Shown here piece by piece: positions 1 through 9,100 of a stretch of DNA of 64,000 bases. The stretch is taken from the IMG/VR virus record IMGVR_UViG_3300045988_105285, positions 32,001 to 96,000 of that record; one strand, written 5' to 3'. Positions within the stretch are counted from its first letter, which is position 1. Every line of letters starts with the position of its first letter. Under the pieces are notes generated by a model. That model did no database searches. It was not told the origin of the DNA and was given only the letters and a program-made list of their open reading frames with translations. The position numbers and the translations under genes are program-made. This DNA is from a virus.

Positions 1-138
1 TTCCCAAATCATCATCATTCAGAAGATTATTATCAATAATAACCTTGCCGATAACCTTGAATTTGCCATCTTGCATCATTGCCTCAACGACAAATTCATC
101 GGCAGCGTTGAAATCGCTAATCTCTATGGGTCTCATAA
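1..138 (-). CDS. hypothetical protein (N-terminal part; ORF runs off the left window edge)
   Basis: ATG at 138 (MRPIEISDFNAADEF...). The frame is still open at position 1. It overlaps the stop of the upstream gene by 22 nt. Confidence 0.35.
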
Positions 139-335
139 TACTTATGCTTTATATTCTCGTAAATCACCCTCTTTGCAGCCTTTGCTCTTCTGTTATTATC
201 CGAAAAGACATCATCATACAAAGACATATCTTCACTCTCAAAAGCCACATGCTCACCTTTGTAGCAAGCATCAAAGCGGCATCCTTTTTCGGACTTAGCC
301 GCAGTAAACTTTATCTTACCAAACTTAATCTGCAT
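117..335 (-). CDS. hypothetical protein (72 aa)
   Basis: ORF track entry with an ATG start in a minus-strand operon. No recognisable motif. Confidence 0.5.
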   Translation of the reverse strand: MQIKFGKIKFTAAKSEKGCRFDACYKGEHVAFESEDMSLYDDVFSDNNRRAKAAKRVIYENIKHKYYETHRD

Positions 336-434
336 AAGCCCTATCCAAGAAAATAAATTAATGATACTATTTCAAGAGCAAATAAAAACGCTAACGCATT
401 CTCAATTGTGAATACCTTTTTCATTGTTTCAATA

Positions 435-455
435 CAGTTTTACGTGTGTCTCACG
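435..455 (-). promoter_or_regulatory. conserved leader motif copy 1 (hairpin + AAAACTG)
   Basis: Minus-strand RNA reads CGTGAGACACACG-TAAAACTG. Stem is CGTG/CACG with loop AGACA. Confidence 0.55.
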
Positions 456-472
456 TTCTAAATTTATATTGT

Positions 473-493
473 AAGGGGATTTCATATCCCCTT
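473..493. terminator. hairpin downstream of ORF 502..723 (weak terminator candidate)
   Basis: aaggggat-ttca-tatcccctt is an 8-bp inverted repeat. There is no strong U-run on the minus strand. Confidence 0.35.
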
Positions 494-501
494 TGTTGTT
501 C

Positions 502-723
502 TTACTTCAAAACTCGATAAGTTTTATCGAAATCATTAAAACTCTTCAAGTAACCTTTCTCTGTCAAAGAGTTTAAAATTTCTTTCAACTCATCCTTGGT
601 ATTATCCAAATCGAAATCATACAAATCTTCAAAAGTAAAGTACTTGTTACCTCCGATTACATCAGCCATCACTCCGATGTTGCCATAAACCATTGTCTCT
701 TTCTTACTCAATCTAGTATTCAT
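502..723 (-). CDS. hypothetical protein (73 aa), first gene behind promoter/leader module A
   Basis: ATG lies 10 nt after leader motif copy 2. No recognisable domain. Confidence 0.6.
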   Translation of the reverse strand: MNTRLSKKETMVYGNIGVMADVIGGNKYFTFEDLYDFDLDNTKDELKEILNSLTEKGYLKSFNDFDKTYRVLK

Positions 724-732
724 AACGAATCA

Positions 733-755
733 CAGTTTTTACGGTGTGTCTCACC
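733..755 (-). promoter_or_regulatory. conserved leader motif copy 2
   Basis: Minus-strand RNA reads GGTGAGACACACC-GTAAAAACTG. Confidence 0.6.
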
Positions 756-785
756 TTTTTAATTAGTAACCTTGTTTCTTAATTA

Positions 786-845
786 CGATGCAAAGATACA
801 AAGAATATTCGAAATATGCAAACTATTTAATGTGTTTCTTTTATA
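786..845 (-). promoter_or_regulatory. Bacteroidota-type promoter module A (-7 box at 791..798, -33 TTTG at 819..822)
   Basis: Minus strand reads TTTGCATATTTCGAATATTCTTTGTATCTTTGCA, matching TTTG / TAnnTTTG. By eye about 93% identical to 28831..28890. Confidence 0.65.
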
Positions 846-877
846 TTTTAACGCTTATTATATGTGTAGGCACGAAA

Positions 878-1348
878 TTAACTTTCTGTAGCAGAAAAAG
901 CCAAAGAATCCACCATTTCGTTATACATATTACCTCTATGAGCCTTAACCCAATGGTATCTTATCACCTTGCCTTTCGCTACCTTATTATATATAGGCTG
1001 TAAGTCTCCTAACTTGCAAGCCTGTATTCTCTCTATAGCCACTTGGCAATCCACATATACATCAACAGAACACAAAGGAGGGCAATCACCCAATGCTTGA
1101 ATGACCGCCCTTATTTCGGCTCTCACCGAATCGTTCACTTTGGCTGTGATAAATGTATATTTCCCACTATTGATAATCGCTCCCTTATGAAGCACAAGCC
1201 AACCGCAACCACACTTGTTGTTCTTACTAGAGCCATCAGCATACACTTCATAGCGCACACCTTTATCCTCATCAACAATCATCTGAGCAACAACCTCCAA
1301 AGAGTCATTGCTCATCACATTGGCTATTTGCTTGGCTTTCTTCTTCAT
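878..1348 (-). CDS. RNase H-like protein (RNase HI family)
   Basis: DEDD-type pattern: VYADGSS, RAEIRAVIQAL, VYVDCQ, HWVKAHRGN..NEMVDSLA. Confidence 0.75.
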   Translation of the reverse strand: MKKKAKQIANVMSNDSLEVVAQMIVDEDKGVRYEVYADGSSKNNKCGCGWLVLHKGAIINSGKYTFITAKVNDSVRAEIRAVIQALGDCPPLCSVDVYVDCQVAIERIQACKLGDLQPIYNKVAKGKVIRYHWVKAHRGNMYNEMVDSLAFSATES

Positions 1349-1354
1349 AAGCGA

Positions 1355-2281
1355 TTAAATCAAACCTCGTTCCTTGAACTCATTCATCAATGGGGTTGCC
1401 AAGACCTCAATATCTGGATGAGGCTTTCCGGTAGTTCCTTTTGATCGCAAATCGAAGAAATGAAGCCAATCACTCACGAATGCAGTATGAATCAACTCCG
1501 TGTTGGTATCAAGAGGAAGTATCGTTCTCGCATCCTGTGGCTTAAGACCATCATCCTTGACCAAAGACAAATACATCATTTCGCATACTCTATTTGCAAA
1601 CCACCATTTTTCTACCGGACTCCAATGCTCATAACTACCGATGTTCTTTGATAGGTCAACAAATGTTCCACCATCAAAAGACGATGGATTAACCGCATCA
1701 TCTTCGCTAACCCACTTTGGCTTGTTGATAGCAATCTCTCCTCCGGACTTATCTTTACTATAGTTGCAATATCGGGTGCTTTGTTCCGCTACGGAATCTA
1801 CACGATGTCTGTTAGCCTCTCTACTTACCGCAATCTGAGTAGTAAAGCGGACTGTTATTCGCTTCTCATGCCATTCCGTAGGCTCGCAAATATAGTCCAA
1901 ATCCTCAAACCAGTTATTTTCAACTATCACTCTGTAGTTGGTTGTGATATAGTAGTCGCTGCCAATCTGCATCACCTTTGAATATTTGTTCTCACGATAG
2001 TGCTTGACCAACAAAGACTCCGGTACAAAAAATCCTTCTTCATAGGCTACATGGAGATAAATCGTTCCATGCTCACACATGGCAAGATGATTGCTGCTTA
2101 CCATACGCTCAACGAAAGGCTTTGCGCTGTCTTTATCAATCTTCATACTTGACGCATAGCAAGTGCGACCACACAACTCTATCTGCTTATAAACTCCATC
2201 CATGCCCTCACCTTGGGATAGGATTTCATATCTCGGTTCTAATATCTTCATGTCCTTATAAGTTTTAAAATTCGACCACAA
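1355..2281 (-). CDS. thyX: FAD-dependent thymidylate synthase ThyX
   Basis: ThyX signature RHRxxSxxxxSxR is present as NRHRVDSVAEQSTRY. The 308-aa size fits. Confidence 0.9.
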   Translation of the reverse strand: MWSNFKTYKDMKILEPRYEILSQGEGMDGVYKQIELCGRTCYASSMKIDKDSAKPFVERMVSSNHLAMCEHGTIYLHVAYEEGFFVPESLLVKHYRENKYSKVMQIGSDYYITTNYRVIVENNWFEDLDYICEPTEWHEKRITVRFTTQIAVSREANRHRVDSVAEQSTRYCNYSKDKSGGEIAINKPKWVSEDDAVNPSSFDGGTFVDLSKNIGSYEHWSPVEKWWFANRVCEMMYLSLVKDDGLKPQDARTILPLDTNTELIHTAFVSDWLHFFDLRSKGTTGKPHPDIEVLATPLMNEFKERGLI

Positions 2282-2370
2282 AGATAGCTATTATATTCCA
2301 CTCTACCAAAAATTAGCACTCAGTTTAACAACACTTATCTATATTGTGAAAAACAAAAACTTTCAAGATG

Positions 2371-2409
2371 GAAAAGAGGAGAGCGCATCATGCCTTCCCC
2401 TCCTTCTCG
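2371..2409 (-). terminator. hairpin/terminator-like element between the antirepressor gene and thyX
   Basis: gaaaagaggagagcgcatcatgccttcccctccttctc. The core resembles the terminator at 6083..6117. Confidence 0.4.
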
Positions 2410-2429
2410 ATTATATATCAATATTACTA

Positions 2430-2452
2430 CAGTTGTTCTAGTGTGTCTCACC
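2430..2452 (-). promoter_or_regulatory. conserved leader motif copy 3 (overlaps the last codons of the upstream CDS)
   Basis: Minus-strand RNA reads GGTGAGACACAC-TAGAACAACTG. The TAG within it is the stop of ORF 2438..3277. Confidence 0.5.
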
Positions 2453-3277
2453 GCTTGCAAACATATCTCCTTGACTAGATGGCTTGTAACCGATGATTTC
2501 CAACACCTCCCCAAACTTGTTGTCATACCACTTTGGAATGGTTTGTCCAGGCACATCCTTGTAGATGTCATTCAAAGCATACTCCAATCCTTTCTCTGTG
2601 ACGGAATAGTACTTGTGAACCTTGCCGTGCGCACCCTTTCGGGTCTTCTCTTCCAATAAGCCAGCAGCCAATGCCAGCTTATTGAACTTGATGGCTGATA
2701 ACTCAACACCACGTTCTTTCAATAATTCACTGACTGCGTGCGAAGCACCATTCGGAGCGTGGACGTAATCGGGAACCGGAACACCATAAGGCTCTGCTAT
2801 CTGACTCACCAACTGCAAGCGTGCGGCATCACTATATCGCAACGAGTCCATTACCCAATTAGCAACCGTCAACTTGTCTTGCAAGAAACTTTGCTGAGGC
2901 TTCATTTGCTCGGCTTGCACCTGCTCACGATGCTTAATTTCCAACTCCTCCCAACGCAAAACCAACTTCGCTCTTGCCTCATCATTAAACTTGGTGGCAA
3001 TGTAAAGACTCTCACGTTTGGTAAGGGAATAGCAAGGTCTAGTCTCTCCCTTTTGGTCTTGGTAATTAACGAGCTTAAAACCTAGCCCGTTAACCTTTAT
3101 CCACGCAGCCTCCATCTTACGAATAGACTGCATAACATTCTTATGCAACTTATTTGTCATAGTTGCAATTTCCAACGAGGTGATTCTTTCTTCTCCATCA
3201 CCTGTCATACCAGATTTCACAATACCCGATGGGAACACTGGCGGATTCACCATCATTCGGTTTACATTTTCTGTCAT
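2438..3277 (-). CDS. phage regulatory protein / antirepressor (Rha-like N-terminus, KilAC/ANT-like C-terminus)
   Basis: N-terminus ITSLEIATMTNKLHKNVMQSIRKME...TRPCYSLTKRESLYIATKF is Rha-like. C-terminus SELLKERGVELSAIKFNKLALAAGLLE...YSVTEKGLEY is ANT-like. Confidence 0.7.
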   Translation of the reverse strand: MTENVNRMMVNPPVFPSGIVKSGMTGDGEERITSLEIATMTNKLHKNVMQSIRKMEAAWIKVNGLGFKLVNYQDQKGETRPCYSLTKRESLYIATKFNDEARAKLVLRWEELEIKHREQVQAEQMKPQQSFLQDKLTVANWVMDSLRYSDAARLQLVSQIAEPYGVPVPDYVHAPNGASHAVSELLKERGVELSAIKFNKLALAAGLLEEKTRKGAHGKVHKYYSVTEKGLEYALNDIYKDVPGQTIPKWYDNKFGEVLEIIGYKPSSQGDMFASGETH

Positions 3278-3321
3278 AGTAACTCCAAATTTAATTTGTT
3301 AATAATTATATTTGGCTGTGG

Positions 3322-3370
3322 TGGAAACGAAAAGCCCCATCCGCTAAAGTCACGAGTGCGGACAGGGCTT
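3322..3370 (-). terminator. leader terminator/attenuator (paralogous to 15372..15423)
   Basis: Minus RNA AAGCCC-TGT-CCGC-ACTCGTGACTTTA-GCGG-ATG-GGGCTT followed by TTCGTTTCC. It lies between promoter 3513..3520 and the ATG at 3277. Confidence 0.5.
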
Positions 3371-3512
3371 AGCCACTTGCCCACTAAAGTAGAGAGATGA
3401 GCTTGTGGCAATTCTCCACGCTTGGAGAAAGTGAAATATCTAACAAATTTTAATAGTTTCAATATCCTTATTAGCCGTGCTCTCTACTTCACAACCTTGT
3501 TATTTTCGGCTG

Positions 3513-3520
3513 CAAAGTTA
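3513..3520 (-). promoter_or_regulatory. -7 box (TAACTTTG) for the antirepressor transcript
   Basis: Plus strand caaagtta is the reverse complement of TAnnTTTG. Confidence 0.5.
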
Positions 3521-3698
3521 ATATAATTTTTTCTAACTTGCAAACGCTTTAGTGTTTTATTCAAAACGTTAACGTTTGTTTTGCTTTGGAGGACTTCTGT
3601 CTTCACCAGCACGACCAATTCTTATGGCACTTTTCTGCACATTACTTCTTCTTTCCATTGCTCACGGAATTTAATAGTTAAACTTCAAAGATAATGTG

Positions 3699-3721
3699 CA
3701 GTTGCTCGGGTGTGCCTCACC
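3699..3721 (-). promoter_or_regulatory. conserved leader motif copy 4
   Basis: Minus-strand RNA reads GGTGAGGCACACC-CGAGCAACTG. Confidence 0.5.
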
Positions 3722-3731
3722 TTATATATTG

Positions 3732-4031
3732 TTACGCTACCATTAATAGCATTTCTTTTGATTGCATCTGAATCCATTGGCAAGCATCCTTTCGGAAAAA
3801 GATGTCAGAATCGAACCGCTTGCCATCCACGATAATGTGACTACAATTGCATTCGAACTTATGGTTTCGGGTCAATGGTATCAAAAGGTATGTATCACCC
3901 TCTTTCTTGTCGTACACAAGCGTCAAATCCGTGCCGATAACCTGTGATACCACCTTGTGCTCATCTGAGCTTAAAACACCAATCTTGCCATCATGCTCAA
4001 CATAAAGAGCATCCATCAAATTCTTATCCAT
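3732..4031 (-). CDS. hypothetical protein, member of a 3-copy paralog family
   Basis: The ORF track starts at 4103, but leader motif 5 lies inside that extension, so the likely start is MDKNLMDALYVEH at 4031. It shares YLL(I/V)PLT(R/K)NH.F....VDG..(F/I).S.IFFRKD with 18194..18502, and the LVPLTK.H.F...VDGE.I.S core with 48335..48679. Confidence 0.6.
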   Translation of the reverse strand: MDKNLMDALYVEHDGKIGVLSSDEHKVVSQVIGTDLTLVYDKKEGDTYLLIPLTRNHKFECNCSHIIVDGKRFDSDIFFRKDACQWIQMQSKEMLLMVA

Positions 4032-4064
4032 ATCTCTTAAATATTTAATGTTCAAAGTCCGGTG

Positions 4065-4085
4065 CAGTTTAGCGTGTGCCTCACG
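4065..4085 (-). promoter_or_regulatory. conserved leader motif copy 5
   Basis: Minus-strand RNA reads CGTGAGGCACACG-CTAAACTG. Confidence 0.5.
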
Positions 4086-4092
4086 AAATCTA

Positions 4093-4392
4093 TTACAAGT
4101 CACACTCGTATGAGTATTGCTTTTTCAGCTTGTTCAATGCATTCTCGGTAACGTAGTAGATGTTATCGAAATACTCGCTTTTCTTGATGCTTCGGCTTTC
4201 CTTCAGCTCTACCTTGTGATTGAATGTCACTTCGTAGCGGTTAGCGATGCTTGTAATCAAGAAATCGACCTCACGCTTATGTCTGTCCAGATCGGTCTCT
4301 TTATACTCTCCACGCTTGAGAAATGCGTCCTTGTTCGTCTCTTCGATGGTTGCAACCATGTTGCCTTGCATCACGATAATCTTTGCGCTCAT
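4093..4392 (-). CDS. hypothetical protein (99 aa)
   Basis: ORF track entry in operon context. No motif. Confidence 0.55.
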   Translation of the reverse strand: MSAKIIVMQGNMVATIEETNKDAFLKRGEYKETDLDRHKREVDFLITSIANRYEVTFNHKVELKESRSIKKSEYFDNIYYVTENALNKLKKQYSYECDL

Positions 4393-4425
4393 ATCTAGTT
4401 TCTTTTTAAATCGTTAATAACCTTG

Positions 4426-4761
4426 TTAAGCAACTCTAATCAAGTTGTAGTTCTTGAATTGTCTCCACTCGCCCTTGACTTCATCCCAATACTTTGTGCA
4501 GTCCTTGCAAGCGTAACCCTTGCCGTTTGGAGTGTAGTCAATATGACTCTCCATCAAAGTGCCGAAAGCCTGACGAATCTCACCATTCATTTTCTGAAAG
4601 TAGAACTCAACGACCTGCTTCTTCATGCGAGCCTTCAGTTTGATAACCTGCCAAGCTTGCTTCAAGCATTCTGCCCAACTCATATAAGCACCTTTAAGCT
4701 GAAAGGCTCTGTGTGCCATATTCATCACTTCTCTCATCATATTCTTAAATGTAGTAGCCAT
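4426..4761 (-). CDS. hypothetical protein, paralog of 19137..19475
   Basis: Alignable by eye over its full length to 19137..19475 (MSW.ECLKQAWQV.KL...VVEF.F.KMNGE.RQAFGTL..SHIDYTPNG). Confidence 0.65.
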   Translation of the reverse strand: MATTFKNMMREVMNMAHRAFQLKGAYMSWAECLKQAWQVIKLKARMKKQVVEFYFQKMNGEIRQAFGTLMESHIDYTPNGKGYACKDCTKYWDEVKGEWRQFKNYNLIRVA

Positions 4762-4795
4762 AATCTTTCAATTTTAAACGTTAAACTTAAATTAC

Positions 4796-4978
4796 TTACT
4801 TTGCAAGTCCGATGCTCTCACGCAAGAAGCTCTTAGCCTCATCGTTGTTCATATTGAGCTTTATTGTTATCATATTCAACATTCTATCAACATCTTTTTG
4901 GGTGTTCATTCTGTTGCTTACGAACTCTATCATAACGAACTTCTGAATCAAGTTTCTTCTTATCATTGAAGTAATCAT
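4796..4978 (-). CDS. hypothetical protein (60 aa)
   Basis: First ORF behind promoter 5070..5077 and the variant leader hairpin. Confidence 0.45.
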   Translation of the reverse strand: MITSMIRRNLIQKFVMIEFVSNRMNTQKDVDRMLNMITIKLNMNNDEAKSFLRESIGLAK

Positions 4979-4987
4979 ATTGCTATA

Positions 4988-5010
4988 CCGTTTTACGAGT
5001 GCCGACTCGG
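4988..5010 (-). promoter_or_regulatory. variant leader hairpin (identical to 19485..19507)
   Basis: Minus-strand RNA reads CCGAGTCGGCACTCGTAAAACGG. Stem is CGAGT/ACTCG with loop CGGC. Confidence 0.5.
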
Positions 5011-5069
5011 AGGTGCAACCTCAGCTAAATTAATAATGTTATTGTGACCTTTGTTTCTTAATCACGATG

Positions 5070-5077
5070 CAAAGATA
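5070..5077 (-). promoter_or_regulatory. -7 box (TATCTTTG), leftward promoter of divergent switch region 1
   Basis: Plus strand reads caaagata. Confidence 0.55.
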
Positions 5078-5078
5078 C

Positions 5079-5192
5079 TAAGTTTTATCCTAACTGCCAA
5101 ATATTTTATTAAGTTTTATCCTAACTTTAACCTTTGTTTGCTGATTTAATATACAAATTAAGATATGTTTGCATAGTTAGGTTAAAAACTTA
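5079..5192. promoter_or_regulatory. operator-like repeats (two direct copies, one inverted) between divergent promoters
   Basis: TAAGTTTTATCCTAACT occurs at 5079..5095 and 5110..5126. An inverted, degenerate copy agttaggttaaaaactta lies at 5175..5192. Confidence 0.5.
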
Positions 5193-5231
5193 GTTTTTCA
5201 TAATAAGTTTGGCTGTTTGCGAAAATATTTG

Positions 5232-5239
5232 TATCTTTG
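5232..5239 (+). promoter_or_regulatory. -7 box (TATCTTTG), rightward promoter of switch region 1
   Basis: gtatctttgca lies about 43 nt upstream of the ATG at 5282. Confidence 0.55.
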
Positions 5240-5281
5240 CAACATCAATAAATAAAGTTAGAACTTAATATATAATAAGGT

Positions 5282-5587
5282 ATGGATATACGAGGCATAA
5301 TTAAACGAAAAGGCTTTACGCTAACGTATGTAGCGGATAGGCTGACTAATAAAAAAGGTGGTAAGGGAGTATCTTTGCCATCCTTGATACAAACTATTGA
5401 TGGGAATCCGACTGTCGCTAGTCTTCAGGAGATAGCAAGCATTATAGGTGTAACGCTTGCAGAACTAGTTTCCGAAGCTGATAGTTCTGATTTCATCGCC
5501 CTAATAAAACAAGGTGGTGAGTTGTATTCCGCATCGTCCATTGCTGAGGCTAGGGACGTGCTGGACAAGTTGGAATGTGTTAAGTAA
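5282..5587 (+). CDS. XRE-family HTH transcriptional regulator (repressor candidate)
   Basis: Contains IKRKGFTLTYVADRL...SLPSLIQTIDGNPTVASLQEIASIIGVTLAELV. It is divergent from the leftward operon. Confidence 0.7.
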   Translation: MDIRGIIKRKGFTLTYVADRLTNKKGGKGVSLPSLIQTIDGNPTVASLQEIASIIGVTLAELVSEADSSDFIALIKQGGELYSASSIAEARDVLDKLECVK

Positions 5588-5635
5588 CGTAAGGAACATT
5601 CCTTGCAAGTATTAATAATTAAAACTTTTACGGCT

Positions 5636-6076
5636 ATGAATGATTTTTTCAATTTGAGAGGTACAGCGGTATTCCGTGTTCTCTCGTTAATTAGTACAGT
5701 AGCACTATGGTTAACTATCTTATTGTTTGCCATCGGCTTGATGATGGGCTTCTTTGGAGAGCAGGAGACGAAGGCGATAGGATGGGCAACGGTTGGATTC
5801 TCAATCTCTTCCTTTATCTCTTGCCTATTCATGTTCGGCTTCTGCTACCTGATTAAGATAGCTAAGTCTTACGACAAGGACAAACAAGAGGATAATAAGG
5901 AAATAGTATTCCAATACAAGGGTTACAAAGGCACTTTCACAAAGGATGACAATACTGGAAGGTTTGATGGCCACATCATCGGGACAAGCTATTCCTACTC
6001 TGGCTACAGCCTTTCAGAGACAGAACTTGCATTTCAAGCGAGAGTTGACGAATTACTGGAAGAAAAGAAACTATAA
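5636..6076 (+). CDS. membrane-anchored protein with a HicB-like (HicB_lk antitoxin-type) C-terminal domain
   Basis: The ORF track starts at 5603; the likely start is MNDFFNL at 5636. It has 2-3 hydrophobic segments, then YKGYKGTFTKDDNTGRFDGHIIG...GYSLSETELAFQARVDELLEE. Confidence 0.45.
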   Translation: MNDFFNLRGTAVFRVLSLISTVALWLTILLFAIGLMMGFFGEQETKAIGWATVGFSISSFISCLFMFGFCYLIKIAKSYDKDKQEDNKEIVFQYKGYKGTFTKDDNTGRFDGHIIGTSYSYSGYSLSETELAFQARVDELLEEKKL

Positions 6077-6082
6077 AAAAGA

Positions 6083-6117
6083 AAGAGGAGCGCATCATAC
6101 GTTCCTCTTCTTTGTTT
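6083..6117. terminator. bidirectional intrinsic terminator between convergent genes
   Basis: Stem aagagga/tcctctt is flanked by an A-run and a T-run. Confidence 0.55.
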
Positions 6118-9100
6118 ACAATCTACTCATCTTGTCTTTTAATTCGTGAATATCATTGAATGCTTGCAGCATAGGCTTATGCCATCGCTCTTGTCGCTCA
6201 TCAATCGACTGCAAGTACATCAAGCTTTGTGCAAGGATAGTCCTACCCTCATCAACCGCTAACCAAATGTTACCTACATTACCCATAATAGTATTCACGC
6301 TAGCCGTTAATAAGCTACCCTCTGTACCACCATCACGAGCCGCAATAGCATCCAACTTGGTATTTATGAGCTTTGCTTCCTCATACGTTCCCTCTGTGGC
6401 GATCTGCACCGCAGTGAAACGACCATTCAACTCTTCTCCTGTATCTTGGCTCATTGATTCAAAAGAACCGGAAGAAGCGGACTGCTCGTAAGATTGCTTG
6501 TAACCCGTAATATCAGCAATATTATCACGAATAGCCAAACCCTCTTGAACTATCTTGTCATACTCTTCTTTAAGATTATTCAATTCGGTTGGCGTGAGCT
6601 GCCTTCCTCCATTCTCCTTCATCTTGTTTGCCCAGCTCTCATAAAGAGGCTTAAGCTTTTTATTCATAAGGTCTCCCAAAGCGAAGTTAAGCATCGACTG
6701 GTTGAGCATTGTAGTGAAGTCATTAGAAAAATCCTTTGCAGACTTACTCATATCCATAAGATTGTTTATGAAGTCACTCTTCATCGAATCAAAGGTTGTT
6801 TGAGTCAAATTCTCATTGATTTGCTCCGTCAACTCCTCTAGTTTTCCCGCCAGTTCTGTATATTGCTCCCAATATTCCGTCTTATCATACTTACCTTGGT
6901 CGGTCATGTTCTTCCATACATCCGCATTATGTGTACGAATGTCAGCCATCTGCTCTGGAGTGAGCTTATATATATCCTCCAAGGAATTAACCTTGTTTAT
7001 CGAAGAATTGGTATAACCGCCTCTGACTGCCGATTGCTGTGCCAAAGTCTTATTGATTGCCGCATAATCTTGTGCAGAAAGATTCCAATAATAAGCATTT
7101 GAATGGTGTGCCCCATGATACCCCATCTGTGTTTTGAGAATATCCATCGTTTGGGTATTAACCTGCTTTTGGGCATCATAAGCAGCATTATAATTGCTGA
7201 CTGCCGTATAACCGGAAGACTTGTCGATAGAATCCTTTAACTTATCAATAGAATACATCAATCTGTCATTGCTCTCGGTCAGCTCTTCTGTTTTCTTCGC
7301 AACTTCTGCACCATTACCTCCGCCAATACCGAACATCTTGCCCAACGAGCCAATGGTTTTTATTCCATTCATAGCCGCACCTATGTAGTTTCCGCTTGCA
7401 AAATCAGAAAAGGCTTGTGTTCCACTGTTCAATGCATCCATTCCGTTATTCACGGCTTTACCAAAGCCTGTGTTTCCGAGACCCAAAGCATCGACTAACC
7501 CAGGAAGGTCTTTCAGCTTCTCTTGGATTTTCCTCAAGCCTTCAGCCCATTCCTCTATAGTATCATGCAAGCTCTTCTTTGCAGCATCCTGCTTTACCTT
7601 GGCTTCTTCCTGTGCCTTTCCGACTTCCTTCGTAGCCTTTCCGACCTTAACCTCTGAAACCGCCAAATCATCAAAAAGCTTACGTAACTTCTCCGTTTGG
7701 CTTACACTGAGATTCTTGGTAGAACCCATAAGTTTGTCCTTATTGGCAGAAGTGATATTACTGGTATCTATGTTAACCCCACTTTCAGCAAACACGCCTT
7801 GGATTTTTCTCCTTTGGCTCATATTATCAGCCTTGGCATCAAACTCCCCCTTTCTAGCTTGTGCCAATCGGTCTTGCGCATCCTTCGCCTCATCAATAAG
7901 CCTACGGTGTTCACGGACTGCATCATTAACCAATCCCCATCTATCCTTCTGCTCGGAAATCGCATCATCAATCTTGTAGATTTGGTCAGATACGGTTTTC
8001 ATGTCATCAATTTCCAACGTACCCGAACCAAGCAACTCCTTCATCTTCTTGCGAAGGTCTTCAAGATAAGGAATACTCAATCGGTTCATATCCTGAAAGA
8101 CAACATCCCAATTGATAGAATCCTTGAAATCCGAAAAATTCAACTTCTTCAACTGGTCGCTCATCTCCATTTCCGCACTCGCTGCGCCAAAAGTATCCCC
8201 CTTTTCTCTTGCAAGGTCTATCTTGTCGGCATATTCTTTCAAGATAGCATAACGCTGCTGTTCCAAGCTACCATACTGCTTCATGAAATCCAACATATCC
8301 TTTATCTCCGCTTGCTGGATTTCCTTCAGCTTTAATTGTCTCTGTTTCTCAATCAAGGCAATTTGGTCTTCAGAGTCCTGTCCAATGGTCTTTCCTAGAT
8401 GATTACCTTTGTCGTCAACCATTTGTGTGCCCAATACCTCTTTGCGGTATTCTGCATCGGACTTACCCTGTTTCCACATGCTGGCTTTACGACCTTTTCC
8501 CGAATTTACCCATACGATTTGGTCTTTCTTCTTCTTAGCCTCAACGAGTTTGTCAATCGAATCCTCTATAGCCTTTTTCTCCTTGTCTGAAGCCATGTTG
8601 ATTTGAGCAATCTCCTTTTCGGTCTCATTCTTAATCAATTCCGTTCTTCGCTTTGACAACTCATCGCTAGCTTTCTCCGAATAGGATGAAATAGACTTGG
8701 AATAGTCCTCCTCAGCCTTGCGCTTATTACCAGCCCTTGTCTCGGCATCATTCCTAGCCTTTTCAGCTTCTCTAGCCGATTTTTCTCTTGCCTTCTTCTC
8801 CTTATCTATCTCCTTTTGGCTTTTCTTCGGCTTACTTTCGATGTTGTTACCTCTCGCTTGCATCATAGCTAACTCATTAGCTACCTGTTCGTAAGTTTTC
8901 CATTGTCCTCCGATATTTAAAAAATCCCCCTTCTTGTGTGTATCAAGAAAGTGTTGACGAGCAGCCATACTCGCTTTCAACTGAGACTGAGACATATTCT
9001 TAATCCATGCAGGAAGCTCACTATCATCATAGTTAACTTTAATATCAAGATGCAACTTTCTACTGCACAACTTTATTGTTTCTTGGATTTCACTATTCAA

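Noticed and set aside
3274-3462. ORF 3274..3462 (-, 62 aa) upstream of the antirepressor gene.
   Set aside because: It coincides with the conserved leader and attenuator hairpin, which has a paralog at 15372..15423 where no ORF exists. It is more likely untranslated leader RNA.
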